IMG/VR virus record: IMGVR_UViG_3300036791_001321
Location: 1 to 40,855 of that record
DNA length: 40,855 nucleotides
Source: a virus
Strand: one strand, 5' to 3'
In this document: piece after piece, positions 8,369-18,100 of the stretch
How the letters are laid out: every line of letters starts with the position of its first letter
Numbering within the stretch: position 1 is the stretch's first letter
Notes under the pieces: model-generated
Told to the model about the DNA's origin: nothing
Seen by the model: the letters and a program-made list of their open reading frames with translations, nothing else
The model's database searches: none
Translations under genes and position numbers: made by a program

Positions 8369-8774
8369 TGCCCGCCCCCTTAAAGAAATCCATGCCCTTC
8401 GATTTTATCAATTGCAGAAGTTGCGTGATCATCTGCGATGGGTCCTGCGTGCCGCTCGCCGGGGTCGCTGGCGTTGGCACCGCGACCGGCGGTCCTCCGG
8501 AGATTTGCGGGAAGGGGGCCGCGCCCGGCTGAAAGGCCCCGGCAGCAACATTGTTCTGGAAACCCTGCATCGCGCCGGGGGGCAAGACGCTCTGTTGCCC
8601 GAGGGCGGCATTCATTTGCGGCGGCGACCCGGCAACCGGCGTTTGGTTTGGGAGTATCGATTTCAATTGCTCTAAAAGATCATCATCTTTCGTGCCCAAT
8701 TTACTGAAGCTATTTTTGAGCGTGCTGCCGGCTGCAGAAAGATTGCTGCCGAAGTTGGAAAAAAAATCGCCCAT
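8355..8774 (-). CDS. Hypothetical virion-module protein
   Basis: A 139-aa Gly/Pro/Gln-rich protein. It overlaps the downstream gene by 14 nt, and the upstream gene's stop codon (8775-8777) directly abuts its start at 8774. Confidence 0.4.
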   Translation of the reverse strand: MGDFFSNFGSNLSAAGSTLKNSFSKLGTKDDDLLEQLKSILPNQTPVAGSPPQMNAALGQQSVLPPGAMQGFQNNVAAGAFQPGAAPFPQISGGPPVAVPTPATPASGTQDPSQMITQLLQLIKSKGMDFFKGAGSGTS

Positions 8775-9701
8775 TTAAAACCCCATCAGGCTCATGAGTG
8801 CGGGTCCGAATAAACTCAACGGACTCGGCGTTGATGCTTGCTGAATATTAGTAGTCCCGGATTGATTTGTTTGTTGTCCGAACGTACCGGTGCCGAGCTT
8901 CAACAGATCGAGAAGCTGCGAGAACCCGCTGCCGCCAGCAGCAAGCGCCCCGGATGCAATCGCCTGTTTGTCGGCGTCTTGGCTTAACAACGTACTCGTT
9001 TGCTGACCAAGATTCTGACCGATGCCCCCCAACGCCGCCAGCGGTGCATTGACATTGAATTGGCCGGTCTGCTGTTGATTGGCTGCATTCTGCAAAGCTC
9101 GCGCTTGCGCCTGTTGGGCATCGCCCGCGCCAAGACCGGCGGCGGTATTGAATCCCTGGTTATTCAACTGCGCGGCCAGCACCGCCATATTATTTGCATT
9201 CTGCGCCCCCAGCTCGCCTTGCGCGACGCCAAGGCGCGAATTGCCGAAGGAATCCGCGTACTGATTCTTGAGTTGGGATTGCGCGATATCGCCTGCGCGC
9301 GCCGCCGCATTCATCGTCGTGTTGATGACATCCTGCTGATACGGGTTGTTGTAAGCGCCCATGAAATCCGCGGTCGTTCCGGGATTCTGGACTTGCGCCG
9401 CGGTCGTGAGGTTCGGCTGCGTGAATGCGCCGTATTGATTGGCAACGCCGCCGTATTGCGCGCGTATCCGATCGAGGTTCTGATCGATGCCGCTTTGACC
9501 GCCGCCGTTCAATTGGTCGAGATAGTAATTCGCCCCGGCTTGCTGCACCGGATTGAATCCGGTGGTGTTCACACCACCTTGCGTCTGATTATAGAGGTTG
9601 CTCCACGCTTGCGGAATGATCGGCATGGCCGTTCCGCTGCTTTGCTGCTGCTGATTTTGCGTTTTCGTGCTGCTGCAGGGGTTGCACATAGCCGACCTCA
9701 C
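8775..9701 (-). CDS. Gln/Asn/Gly-rich internal virion protein (putative)
   Basis: A 308-aa low-complexity protein. The start may instead be M26 (9626). It overlaps the 3' end of the GNAT ORF. Confidence 0.4.
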   Translation of the reverse strand: MRSAMCNPCSSTKTQNQQQQSSGTAMPIIPQAWSNLYNQTQGGVNTTGFNPVQQAGANYYLDQLNGGGQSGIDQNLDRIRAQYGGVANQYGAFTQPNLTTAAQVQNPGTTADFMGAYNNPYQQDVINTTMNAAARAGDIAQSQLKNQYADSFGNSRLGVAQGELGAQNANNMAVLAAQLNNQGFNTAAGLGAGDAQQAQARALQNAANQQQTGQFNVNAPLAALGGIGQNLGQQTSTLLSQDADKQAIASGALAAGGSGFSQLLDLLKLGTGTFGQQTNQSGTTNIQQASTPSPLSLFGPALMSLMGF

Positions 9702-10116
9702 GAAAATATCGCTTGAACAGGGCGACCTTCCGGACGGCTTGGGTCGGAGATACGATGTTTATAAACACGGCGAGACCTTGGTCTCGCTCCAGCTCTTTCA
9801 CGGCTTTGATCATCCGGAATATGGCGCGGGTCATTCTATAGGCCGGGCGCACGAATATCCAGCAGTCCTGTAGAAACACCGCGTCCGAATAGGCCGCAGT
9901 CGATTTCTGCACCGCCATCGTGCCGATGATCTCACCCTCGATGAGCGCGATAAAGACCCACGCATCCGGATCGGAGCATGTGTCTAAAACCCACTTCATC
10001 GCCTTCTGCGGCGCAAGCGGAAATATTGCGTTGTCCGCATGCATTTCCAGCATCACACGCCACAGCGGCCAAAAGTCATCCGGCGTCACGCGCCGAACTT
10101 CAATCTCACGCGACAC
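9589..10116 (-). CDS. GNAT-family acetyltransferase-like protein
   Basis: The pattern IALIEGEIIGTMAVQ...DCWIFVRPAYRMTRAIFRMIKAVKELERDQGLAVFINI resembles the GNAT beta4-alpha3 core. The motif A glycines are not canonical. Confidence 0.5.
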   Translation of the reverse strand: MSREIEVRRVTPDDFWPLWRVMLEMHADNAIFPLAPQKAMKWVLDTCSDPDAWVFIALIEGEIIGTMAVQKSTAAYSDAVFLQDCWIFVRPAYRMTRAIFRMIKAVKELERDQGLAVFINIVSPTQAVRKVALFKRYFREVGYVQPLQQHENAKSAAAKQRNGHADHSASVEQPL

Positions 10117-12244
10117 GCAACGCCCCAGCCGGTTTCATGCGCACGCGCAACGCGCCGAGACGCATAAAGAACGGGGCCGAGTTCCATGTTAGCGCGAGCT
10201 GAATCTCGCGTTTGCGGATGCGCACCGGAATGTCGGTCGTCGCGGCATTGATGTTAAACGGCCCGTAGGTCGTCACAATGCCCCCCGAGGAATTGCGCGC
10301 GTTGATGTTGAGGGTAAGACCGCCAACGAGATCGCCAAAGTCCGGCATAACACTCGTCACCAAATTGTATTGGTCGCCATCGCCAATGTCAAAGAACGCG
10401 GTTGTCAGCGATCCGGAGAGAGCGCCGCCGTCGCCGTTCAATCCCTTTTCGACAAACCGCAGTTGGCCAAGAGGATCGGTCGCGAACGGGTACGGTTCAA
10501 TGCCGCGATCAAGGCGAAAGGTTGCCGTGGTAGTCCCGACAGCCCAAGCATCCTCAATATAGTTGTAGCGGACCTCACGCGAGATTTCGTTCCCGGCGTC
10601 GCGTAGGTCGGCATAGAGCCAACCGACCTCGTTGGTCGCCGCATTGGAGTAGGCAACAATCTTGTCGTTCTGCGCCCAATCGAGGTGATCGAGAACGCCG
10701 CGTTGCGTCGGGCACCGGATCGGCGTCGGCGGACCGCCGCGGTAGACATAGAAACTGCCGCCAGGCGCCATCCAGAACGCACCGGCATCGGTCACGATGG
10801 CGGCATTGAAACCGATTAATCCGCAGTTGCGCCCCATCAACCCGAATTGGTAAACCAGATTCTGATCGAGCACGTGCTGGCCGGTATAGAGTCCGACATC
10901 GGTAAACACGAGAATCTCGCCGCGCGCGTTCAGAATGCGAACGATCATGCCGCCTTCGGCGAACTGATATGAGCCCGCGAGATTGGCCGCCGAGTCCGTC
11001 CAGATCGTATAGTTTTCGGCATCGGACCATTTCGCCAGCATGGCATCATAGTTGCCATCGTCGTCAATCGTGCCGCCGACCATCACCTGCCGCTGGTCGG
11101 TCACGGTCATACAATTATTGATCGTTGGGGCATTGGGAATGATCGTGCCGTAATTCAATTGTGCAACGCCGACGCTGTCCAACGTGCCGGTAAACCCGGT
11201 GCCGGTGAAAGCCAGCGTTTGCGCGCCGCCACTGCCGCCGTAAACCACAACCTTATATTTTCCATTTGCCGCAATCGCGCCGCCGAAATTCATGCCATCC
11301 AAGGATGCTTGCAATGTGCCGGCTGAGAATGCGCTGACCGTGAATTGCACAAGCGCATAGGAGGATGCGCGCACCGTAATCGGTTGCGAGAGTGCGGCGT
11401 TCGATGCGGTTGCGGTCACGGCATTGGCGCCATAGGCCCACCCGGTGCCCAGCGTCCAGCCGGAGGCCGACCCGGTGAACGTGCCGTTGCTGGTAAGCTC
11501 AGTCGGTTGCGATGCATAACCGCCCCCCGTCGGATTGAACGAATAGATCGCACCGCCGCGCGGGCAGTAAAGCATTTCCTCGCCCCAATTATGGGCACTC
11601 CACGTCAACGCCGAGAGAGTCGTGGTTGCAGGGGGTGCGAAGCCATAGGGCCCCATGCCATAGCCGCCGGTGCCGAACCCCGCGCCGCCGATACTGTCGG
11701 CCAATCCGGGCGCGAGAAAATAGGTATAATCGACAGTGCCGCCGCCCGGACCGGCAGCGCTCGCCGCCGCCGTGGTAATCACGTAGTGGTTAAGGTCCGT
11801 GATCGACTGCACAACATAGTCGCCGGAAATGGTGATGCCGCCGACCGCGGTTGCATTGGCAAAGCTTACCTTCTGATCAACCACGCACCCGTGCGCTACA
11901 TGGGTCACGGTCGTTGCGGTCCCGTTCGTGGTCGTAAACGGATTGGTGATCTGACCGCGCGCAATCGCGGGCGTGATGTCGTAAATCTGTCCATCGTGAA
12001 AACAATAGGCGCGCAAATGCGTCCCAATGAACGTATTGACCGCGCCGCCATTGTCGCGCCATGACGCCAGACAACGGCAAATCCCTAGAAATGTGGTGAG
12101 TGTGGCTTTCTCATAGCCGTAAACGGATTCCATGCCGCCGCGGCAAACCCGCACACCGTCGCCATCGACGAAATAGCCCTTTGCCTTGAGAGGGCTTTCA
12201 TCCTTGAAAATTCCGGGCAGGAGCGGGAATTTCACATAAGGCAT
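10106..12244 (-). CDS. Tail nozzle / tubular-protein-B-like structural protein (putative)
   Basis: A 712-aa product directly downstream of the tail fibre genes. The call rests on size and position only. Confidence 0.35.
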   Translation of the reverse strand: MPYVKFPLLPGIFKDESPLKAKGYFVDGDGVRVCRGGMESVYGYEKATLTTFLGICRCLASWRDNGGAVNTFIGTHLRAYCFHDGQIYDITPAIARGQITNPFTTTNGTATTVTHVAHGCVVDQKVSFANATAVGGITISGDYVVQSITDLNHYVITTAAASAAGPGGGTVDYTYFLAPGLADSIGGAGFGTGGYGMGPYGFAPPATTTLSALTWSAHNWGEEMLYCPRGGAIYSFNPTGGGYASQPTELTSNGTFTGSASGWTLGTGWAYGANAVTATASNAALSQPITVRASSYALVQFTVSAFSAGTLQASLDGMNFGGAIAANGKYKVVVYGGSGGAQTLAFTGTGFTGTLDSVGVAQLNYGTIIPNAPTINNCMTVTDQRQVMVGGTIDDDGNYDAMLAKWSDAENYTIWTDSAANLAGSYQFAEGGMIVRILNARGEILVFTDVGLYTGQHVLDQNLVYQFGLMGRNCGLIGFNAAIVTDAGAFWMAPGGSFYVYRGGPPTPIRCPTQRGVLDHLDWAQNDKIVAYSNAATNEVGWLYADLRDAGNEISREVRYNYIEDAWAVGTTTATFRLDRGIEPYPFATDPLGQLRFVEKGLNGDGGALSGSLTTAFFDIGDGDQYNLVTSVMPDFGDLVGGLTLNINARNSSGGIVTTYGPFNINAATTDIPVRIRKREIQLALTWNSAPFFMRLGALRVRMKPAGALRVA

Positions 12245-12246
12245 GA

Positions 12247-13728
12247 TTAACCGTCGTCGCTCAAAGGTTTTTGTTCCAATTCCGTCACGCGCGCCGCAAG
12301 AGTCTGCACGGCCCGTACCAGCGCAAACACCAAGTTATTGGTGTCCAATGTTCTCAAATCCGGAAGGTCGATATCGCCAATTTTCCCCGGCGCGACGCTC
12401 ACCATATCCGGCATCACCGTTTCAACCTGTTGTGCGATTAGGCCGACTTGCACCTGATCCAACAATTCCTGCGGATAGTTGGTTTCCGGGCGATAGCGGA
12501 ACGAAACGGGATTGAGCTTCAGAATTTCATCAAGCCCCCTTTGATACGGCAGGATGTCTTGCTTAATGCGCACATCCGATGGGTTGGCCCACGTCGTACC
12601 GCTCGCCTTTTGCGCATAAGCGCCGTTAACAATAAAGTCGCCGTTGGTCGCTACATAAAACCTGGACGCCAGTGCCGTCAGCGCACCGCCCGACACGCTG
12701 GAACCCGTATAGAAACTCCAGTTCGCGCTTGGGTCAAAATCTATAATGGCGCTTGGTCCGCTGACCAACGCCCGCCAATTGTCAGTCTTGTAGGCGTTAA
12801 AACCCACTGAGCGCAATGTTGTAAGGGTGCCGCTCGCAACGGTGTCGCCAGCACCGAGACCCGCCGGGGGTGCCGCGCCGACGGCGAGAGATTGATTGAT
12901 CTGTAAGGCCCCCGTGACGGTATCACCCGATTTCGACACCTTGCCGTTGATTGCTGACGTGTTGTTGTTGATCGCCGTCGTATTGGCGTTAATCGCGCCT
13001 TGCAACGTCGCGTCGGCATTGGTGCGATTGGCGGTCTCTGTATCCAGCGCGCCCTGCAAACCCGTCACGTCTGAAATACTATGGATGTGCGGGCTCGGCG
13101 TAAACGTTGCGGGTTTGCCCGGCAGCACGGTGTAGGTCATGGCTTGCCAAGCCATATTATTGCGCGTGTAATAATTGCCGTCCGATGGCGCATCGACAAA
13201 ATTTCCAGCACCCGTGATAGCGGCTTCCATCTGTTGCCGATTCACGGCATCGGTCAACGCCGTGCCGGCTGCCAGACCATGAATTTGCCCCGCAACCGTC
13301 ATATCGCCGTTGATGTGCTGCGCGGCGCGCTCATAATAGTCGACACCGTCGCAATAAAGGTCGGCGGCGTAACCGTTCGGAATCGCGACACCCACGCCCG
13401 CAGCGCATTTGACGGTCACTGGCGCACCGGCGGCATTGATGAACGTGCGTTGCGCTTTCAGCGCCGGATAGGTAACGGTCGCGCCGGAGGTAAGCGAGCC
13501 GGTGAATTTGACGGTACGGCTTTGGCCGATATTGGTTGTGGAATAGCTGGTAAATGAAAGGGTCTGATCACCGGTCAGCGCAATCACCTCGTAACCCTGC
13601 GCCTGTTTTTCCGTAATGTTCTGGTTATCGACCAAATAGCCGCCCCAGATATTGTTGTTGCTGCCGGTCGATTGCAGCCGGGCGAGCATGATGACGGAAC
13701 TAGTATCGGTCATTTTACGAACCCTCAA
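12247..13728 (-). CDS. Tail fibre / receptor-binding protein with C-terminal intramolecular chaperone (Peptidase_S74-type) domain
   Basis: The C-terminus reads NPSDVRIKQDILPYQRGLDEILKLNPVSFRYR...VGLIAQQVETVMPDMV...LVFALVRAVQTLAARVTELE (S-D-x-R-x-K autocleavage motif). A fibre-type repeat TETANRTNADATLQ...KVSKSGDTVTGAL is also present. Confidence 0.8.
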   Translation of the reverse strand: MRVRKMTDTSSVIMLARLQSTGSNNNIWGGYLVDNQNITEKQAQGYEVIALTGDQTLSFTSYSTTNIGQSRTVKFTGSLTSGATVTYPALKAQRTFINAAGAPVTVKCAAGVGVAIPNGYAADLYCDGVDYYERAAQHINGDMTVAGQIHGLAAGTALTDAVNRQQMEAAITGAGNFVDAPSDGNYYTRNNMAWQAMTYTVLPGKPATFTPSPHIHSISDVTGLQGALDTETANRTNADATLQGAINANTTAINNNTSAINGKVSKSGDTVTGALQINQSLAVGAAPPAGLGAGDTVASGTLTTLRSVGFNAYKTDNWRALVSGPSAIIDFDPSANWSFYTGSSVSGGALTALASRFYVATNGDFIVNGAYAQKASGTTWANPSDVRIKQDILPYQRGLDEILKLNPVSFRYRPETNYPQELLDQVQVGLIAQQVETVMPDMVSVAPGKIGDIDLPDLRTLDTNNLVFALVRAVQTLAARVTELEQKPLSDDG

Positions 13729-13939
13729 TTGTCGCGTTTAAGGGATGGATAAACCAGCGCTCCAATCGGCCAAGATCATCGATACAACGCGCAAAAACCT
13801 CCATTACCGCGGGCGGGGCAACAATGATCGGCTCATTCATGACGCCTTGCACAACCTCCACCGCCGCACGCGCCGCGTTGATATGACCCGCCGCATAATG
13901 TCGCCAATGCTCGGGTTTCATCGCCGGAGCGTCGTTCAT
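13715..13939 (-). CDS. Hypothetical protein between the two fibre genes
   Basis: A 74-aa ORF that overlaps both neighbours (ATGA upstream, 14 nt downstream). Confidence 0.45.
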   Translation of the reverse strand: MNDAPAMKPEHWRHYAAGHINAARAAVEVVQGVMNEPIIVAPPAVMEVFARCIDDLGRLERWFIHPLNATIEGS

Positions 13940-15798
13940 CGCGCCATCTCCAATGCTTCAATGCGCGCCAGAGCATCATCCAGTTTCGCCGACAGCGTCT
14001 TGGTCGCGTTCACAAGCGCATAGATCAGCGGCCCAGTATCGATATCGCGCACGTCCAACACAGACTCGCCGTCAATGAAGGCCGCCTTCTGCGTCACCAT
14101 TTCAGGAAATACGTCTTCCAATTCCTGCGCGATAAACCCGATAAACTCCTTACCCTCTGTCGCCACCTGATAATGCGGACTGGTGCTGTAGGGAGCGGCA
14201 AGAATTACGCCTGCGTCTTTAGGGTCGCCCGGAGACGTTTCGGGTTTGGTCGGGTCTTTGTACAGGTCGGATGTGGGCGTGTCGTTGCCGAGGTACTTGA
14301 ACGTGCGCGGCGTCACTTGCAGGAGTTCATCCAGCCCCGCCGTATAATTCCCCGTCACATCCTTGATGCGGATGTCGGACGATGCCGCCCACGAACCGCC
14401 ACCCGGCTTATAACCTTGTTGGCACGCTATGTTCTGCCCAAACGTGCAGCCCATGGACGTGTCGAATATCATCGACGTGCCAGCCGTAGACTGCCAGCCG
14501 TATTGTCCCGTGCTGCGCTGATGAAAAATGTACGCATTCGCGTCGAACTGCATCCGATAATTAGGGCTTAAGAAATTAATGCCAAAACTAGCATCGCCGT
14601 TGGCATACACACCCGAACCGGATGGGACATAGAACTGCGTAGCGTTCAGAGAAGCCCAAGTTGAAGAGGGATAGCCATTGGCATCCGTTGGGCCGAAACG
14701 CATTTGACCGGCTTCGCCGACGAACATGCCTGCTGCCGTGCCGACAGCCGTCTGATAACATGTAACGGACGCCCAGTCCGCGCTGTGTACCGAAGCTAGA
14801 CGCCCGCTATTTACCTTTACGTTGCCGCCAAAATTCGTAGGACCACCGCCGCTCGCAATGTTGACGGCGTCTGTCGTCGTATCCTGAATGTTGATGAACG
14901 CGCCGCCGCTTGAACGGAAATACATACCCGCTCCGCCCGCAGGTTGTAGAAGAAGATAACTAGTCGCAGTACCAATCACATTTCCACCACCTGTGAAAGT
15001 GAGATTTCCCCCCGCAATCGTTACGTTGTTGTTGACCGTCATCGCACCGTTAAACGTCGATGCTCCATTCGCGGCAATAGACAGTGCCGTCGTCATTGTC
15101 GGAGTAGCACCTGCCGCAACATTGCTGCCGAGCGCCAGCGTCCATGAGCCGCCTGCTTTATCCAGCGACATATAACCGGAATAACCCGCAACAACCGCTT
15201 TGAATCCGCCGCTGTAATATGCGTTGTGATAATACGTCGCGCCAACCGTAGCGTCCTGACTGGCAATCATGCTTCCAGCCAGCATCCCAGATGGCACAGC
15301 GGTTCCCACAGCGAGGTTAGGTGTAACGCTGAGAGAACCCGTCATGGTGTCGCCGCTCTTCGCGACCTTGTTATTCGTCAGCGTCGTATCCGCGTTGGTG
15401 CGGTTGGTGGTCTCCGTCGTCAGCGCAGCATTAACGCCATCCACCTCTTGCTTCGTCGCCGCACCCAGCGGCTGCGTCGGATCGGCATTGAGAATGAGCG
15501 GGCCCGTCAGCGTGCCGCCCGATAGCGGCAAATACGCACCGCCGCCGCCACTTGTCACAACCTGCCACGATGTGCCATTTGAAAACTGCATCGACGCACC
15601 GCCGCTCGCGTCGTCATGAACAAAGATGTTGCAGCCATAGAAACGCGATGCATCCGGCAAATCAGATGCCGCATATCTGCCCATCTGTACCGGGCCGGAA
15701 AACTTCTGATCAACATAACGTTGGATGGCTTGCGTCAGCGTTCCAACCCATCCGGGCGCATTGGTTGGCGCAACGATGCTTTGCCCAATACCTTTCAC
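13936..15798 (-). CDS. Second tail fibre / receptor-binding protein with Peptidase_S74-type chaperone domain
   Basis: The C-terminus reads ASSDIRIKDVTGNYTAGLDELLQVTPRTFKY...FIGFIAQELEDVFPEMV...LIYALVNATKTLSAKLDDALARIEALE. A repeat TETTNRTNADTTLTNNKVAKSGDTMTGSL is also present. Confidence 0.8.
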   Translation of the reverse strand: MKGIGQSIVAPTNAPGWVGTLTQAIQRYVDQKFSGPVQMGRYAASDLPDASRFYGCNIFVHDDASGGASMQFSNGTSWQVVTSGGGGAYLPLSGGTLTGPLILNADPTQPLGAATKQEVDGVNAALTTETTNRTNADTTLTNNKVAKSGDTMTGSLSVTPNLAVGTAVPSGMLAGSMIASQDATVGATYYHNAYYSGGFKAVVAGYSGYMSLDKAGGSWTLALGSNVAAGATPTMTTALSIAANGASTFNGAMTVNNNVTIAGGNLTFTGGGNVIGTATSYLLLQPAGGAGMYFRSSGGAFINIQDTTTDAVNIASGGGPTNFGGNVKVNSGRLASVHSADWASVTCYQTAVGTAAGMFVGEAGQMRFGPTDANGYPSSTWASLNATQFYVPSGSGVYANGDASFGINFLSPNYRMQFDANAYIFHQRSTGQYGWQSTAGTSMIFDTSMGCTFGQNIACQQGYKPGGGSWAASSDIRIKDVTGNYTAGLDELLQVTPRTFKYLGNDTPTSDLYKDPTKPETSPGDPKDAGVILAAPYSTSPHYQVATEGKEFIGFIAQELEDVFPEMVTQKAAFIDGESVLDVRDIDTGPLIYALVNATKTLSAKLDDALARIEALEMAR

Positions 15799-16469
15799 GG
15801 GGTCGCGCCCTGGATGGATATGGCGAGATTGCTGGAGGGAAACGCCGCGCGGTTGCTGTCCAATCTCATGCGCTGTAAAGCCAGGTTATAGCCCGGCGCG
15901 ATGACGCCTTGCACGCGGGCATCGTCCATCAAATACACGGAGTTTTGCATCAGCGACCCAAACAGATAGGCGGTCGGAAATTTAGCCAGGACCCAATTGG
16001 TGTCGGTATCGGTGATCAGCGGCGGCACCGCCGCAAAATAAATCAAGGTATAGGAATATTGACTGTCGGGCGTCGGCCCTAAAAGGATTTGATCGTTGAC
16101 GACCGTGTATCCCGCGGGAGCGCCGGTTGCAGCCCCACCGTAACCGCTAAAGAGCCCGTCGGGCGCGAAATAGTTCACCGTTGCCTCATCCCCGGCGGCG
16201 GTCGTGTAACGAAACGATTTGACGCCAAGAAAGTCGGGCGGCAACGACACCGTGCGCGAACCCGCCGTGAAAAGACCGCCGACCATCGTGAGCATACGAT
16301 TGACGCCGCCTTGCGATCCGCTCGCGGGCGGTTGCATCAAATCGCCGTTGATCATTTCTTCGCATAGCGCAATCGAAAGATCGATTTGGGCGTCAGACAT
16401 ACCGGCGTCCCATTCTTGGTATTGGCGAATGGCGCTGCGCAAGTCGGCCTTGCCGTTGAATGCGGGCAT
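15795..16469 (-). CDS. Head-tail adaptor / connector-like protein (putative)
   Basis: A 224-aa protein whose N-terminus (ADLRSAIRQYQEWDAGMSDAQIDLSIALCEEMIN) resembles gp6-like connector N-termini. It has an ATGA overlap with the fibre gene. Confidence 0.35.
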   Translation of the reverse strand: MPAFNGKADLRSAIRQYQEWDAGMSDAQIDLSIALCEEMINGDLMQPPASGSQGGVNRMLTMVGGLFTAGSRTVSLPPDFLGVKSFRYTTAAGDEATVNYFAPDGLFSGYGGAATGAPAGYTVVNDQILLGPTPDSQYSYTLIYFAAVPPLITDTDTNWVLAKFPTAYLFGSLMQNSVYLMDDARVQGVIAPGYNLALQRMRLDSNRAAFPSSNLAISIQGATP

Positions 16470-16472
16470 CGC

Positions 16473-17282
16473 TTAAGTCCTCGCAAGAAACCCTTTCATC
16501 TCATTGCCGGTTTCGGCAAAGCGCGGCAACGGGTCGCCGCTCTTGTCCAGAAACACGCGCTTGCCGTCGATGACGACTTCCTTCATTTCGTGAAACCCGT
16601 ACATCGGCGGGTCGACAAACGCCGAGGTCATCAGGTCGGCGCGATATTTTTTCGGCATCATCCCGCGCGCGCGGTCGCGTCCTAAGCAATATTCGAGATA
16701 ATGGCGCGGCGCGTCCGGGTCCATATAGTCGGGGAAGACTTGGTCTAAGTCGATGAGTTCCCACATCGCCGAGCCCTTTGGCACATTGACGCGCACGCCC
16801 GCATACCGGAGCGCGCCGACAAGATAGGCAAGATTGGGGCGTTGATAGGTGTATTCATCCTCCGATGTCATATCGATGCCGAACACCGCAACCCGGCGCT
16901 TGCCGAGCACCTTCGCCATCGCGAGCATGTAGGCAATCGAGCTTTCCAGATATGGCTCATGCGTGCCCGGTCGGCACAACAGCCAATCGGCGCGCACCGA
17001 TTCCATTGGGTAGCGCATGACGCCGGGGAAATAATGGTCGAGCAACACAAGTTGATCGTCGGGCCGCTCGGTTGGAAACGTCTTAAGCCAATCGGTGTAA
17101 GTTACGAGCGGCGACGGGGCCAGCATGTTGTCGTGCCACGTCGCGGGCACGTGGGTTTCAAAGTAGAGGTCGCCCATAAACGCCGCGTCCCACGCCAAGC
17201 CCCATTTTTCCCATGTCGGGTCGAACCATGGCGCATCATCGCGCGTATTGTCGCACCGTCCGATGATGGCAACTTTGCTCAT
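16473..17282 (-). CDS. Rossmann-like protein, possible MAF/MptE-like (DUF115-type) glycosyltransferase
   Basis: The segment ESSIAYMLAMAKVLGKRRVAVFGIDM resembles the conserved core I recall for the MAF_flag10/MptE-like family. The N-terminal VAIIG strand fits, and there is an ATGA overlap with the upstream GT-A-like gene. Confidence 0.3.
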   Translation of the reverse strand: MSKVAIIGRCDNTRDDAPWFDPTWEKWGLAWDAAFMGDLYFETHVPATWHDNMLAPSPLVTYTDWLKTFPTERPDDQLVLLDHYFPGVMRYPMESVRADWLLCRPGTHEPYLESSIAYMLAMAKVLGKRRVAVFGIDMTSEDEYTYQRPNLAYLVGALRYAGVRVNVPKGSAMWELIDLDQVFPDYMDPDAPRHYLEYCLGRDRARGMMPKKYRADLMTSAFVDPPMYGFHEMKEVVIDGKRVFLDKSGDPLPRFAETGNEMKGFLART

Positions 17283-18100
17283 GTCGGAATCACCGTATCA
17301 CCATTCGCGGTATTGGCGGGGCTCAAGTCCGGATAACTGCCGTCCGGTCGCCGGAAGTCCTCTTTGCCGAAACCGGGATTTTCGCCGCGGCCCCGCTGCA
17401 ACTGGATATTGCGGCCCGCAATCGTCCATCGATTGTCGTAATGGATTTTGCCGACGTGAATCACCGCGTTGGAAACGTCATGGTCAACGTAGATCGGCAC
17501 GCCCGCCTTGAAACACCGATGGGCAAAATAAACGTCCTCGGTACACCACCGATTGCCGCCCTTCATGGGCTCTTGATGGAAAAAGGGCGGGTTGTCGCCC
17601 TCGCGTATTTGCATGAGCTTGTCGAACACCGCCATGTGCGTGAGACACAAGCCGAAACCAATGTGTTTGACTTGCTCAATGCCGGTCGCGCCGATTTCAC
17701 TGTAAAGCGGCCCGGTATAATCGTCGGTATCAGCATAAGCGGTCGGCGTCGGCGGCACGGTCTTGCGCGGATAATTTGCGCCAATCACCGGCACCTTCCA
17801 TTCCATCAGCGCATCCAAGGACCACCCCGGAAAGCCCATATCGGAATCGACCCAAAGAATGTGGGTCATCTTGTCTTTCATAGCGACGGCAACGCAGCGC
17901 GTGCGGTTTTCCGCAACCGTAAATCCTTCGCTCGGGTAAATGATGGTTTTGAGTTTGGTATGACGCGCCATGTTATAGAGCGACGCAGTTGTTTCCATGC
18001 ACACATCGCCGCGGGTCGGAAGCGCAATCAAGACATGCGGCTCGGCATAATCCGGCCCAACGTCCAAATTGTTGTAATAGGCGGGGGCGTCTTTGTTCAT
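17279..18100 (-). CDS. GT-A fold (family-2-like) glycosyltransferase
   Basis: Features are HVLIALPTRGD at the N-terminus, a DxD-type motif in THILWVDSDMGFP, and a downstream VPVIGANYPRK. The start was set at M83 of the listed ORF (MNKDAPAYY), which forms an ATGA overlap with the upstream gene. Confidence 0.6.
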   Translation of the reverse strand: MNKDAPAYYNNLDVGPDYAEPHVLIALPTRGDVCMETTASLYNMARHTKLKTIIYPSEGFTVAENRTRCVAVAMKDKMTHILWVDSDMGFPGWSLDALMEWKVPVIGANYPRKTVPPTPTAYADTDDYTGPLYSEIGATGIEQVKHIGFGLCLTHMAVFDKLMQIREGDNPPFFHQEPMKGGNRWCTEDVYFAHRCFKAGVPIYVDHDVSNAVIHVGKIHYDNRWTIAGRNIQLQRGRGENPGFGKEDFRRPDGSYPDLSPANTANGDTVIPT

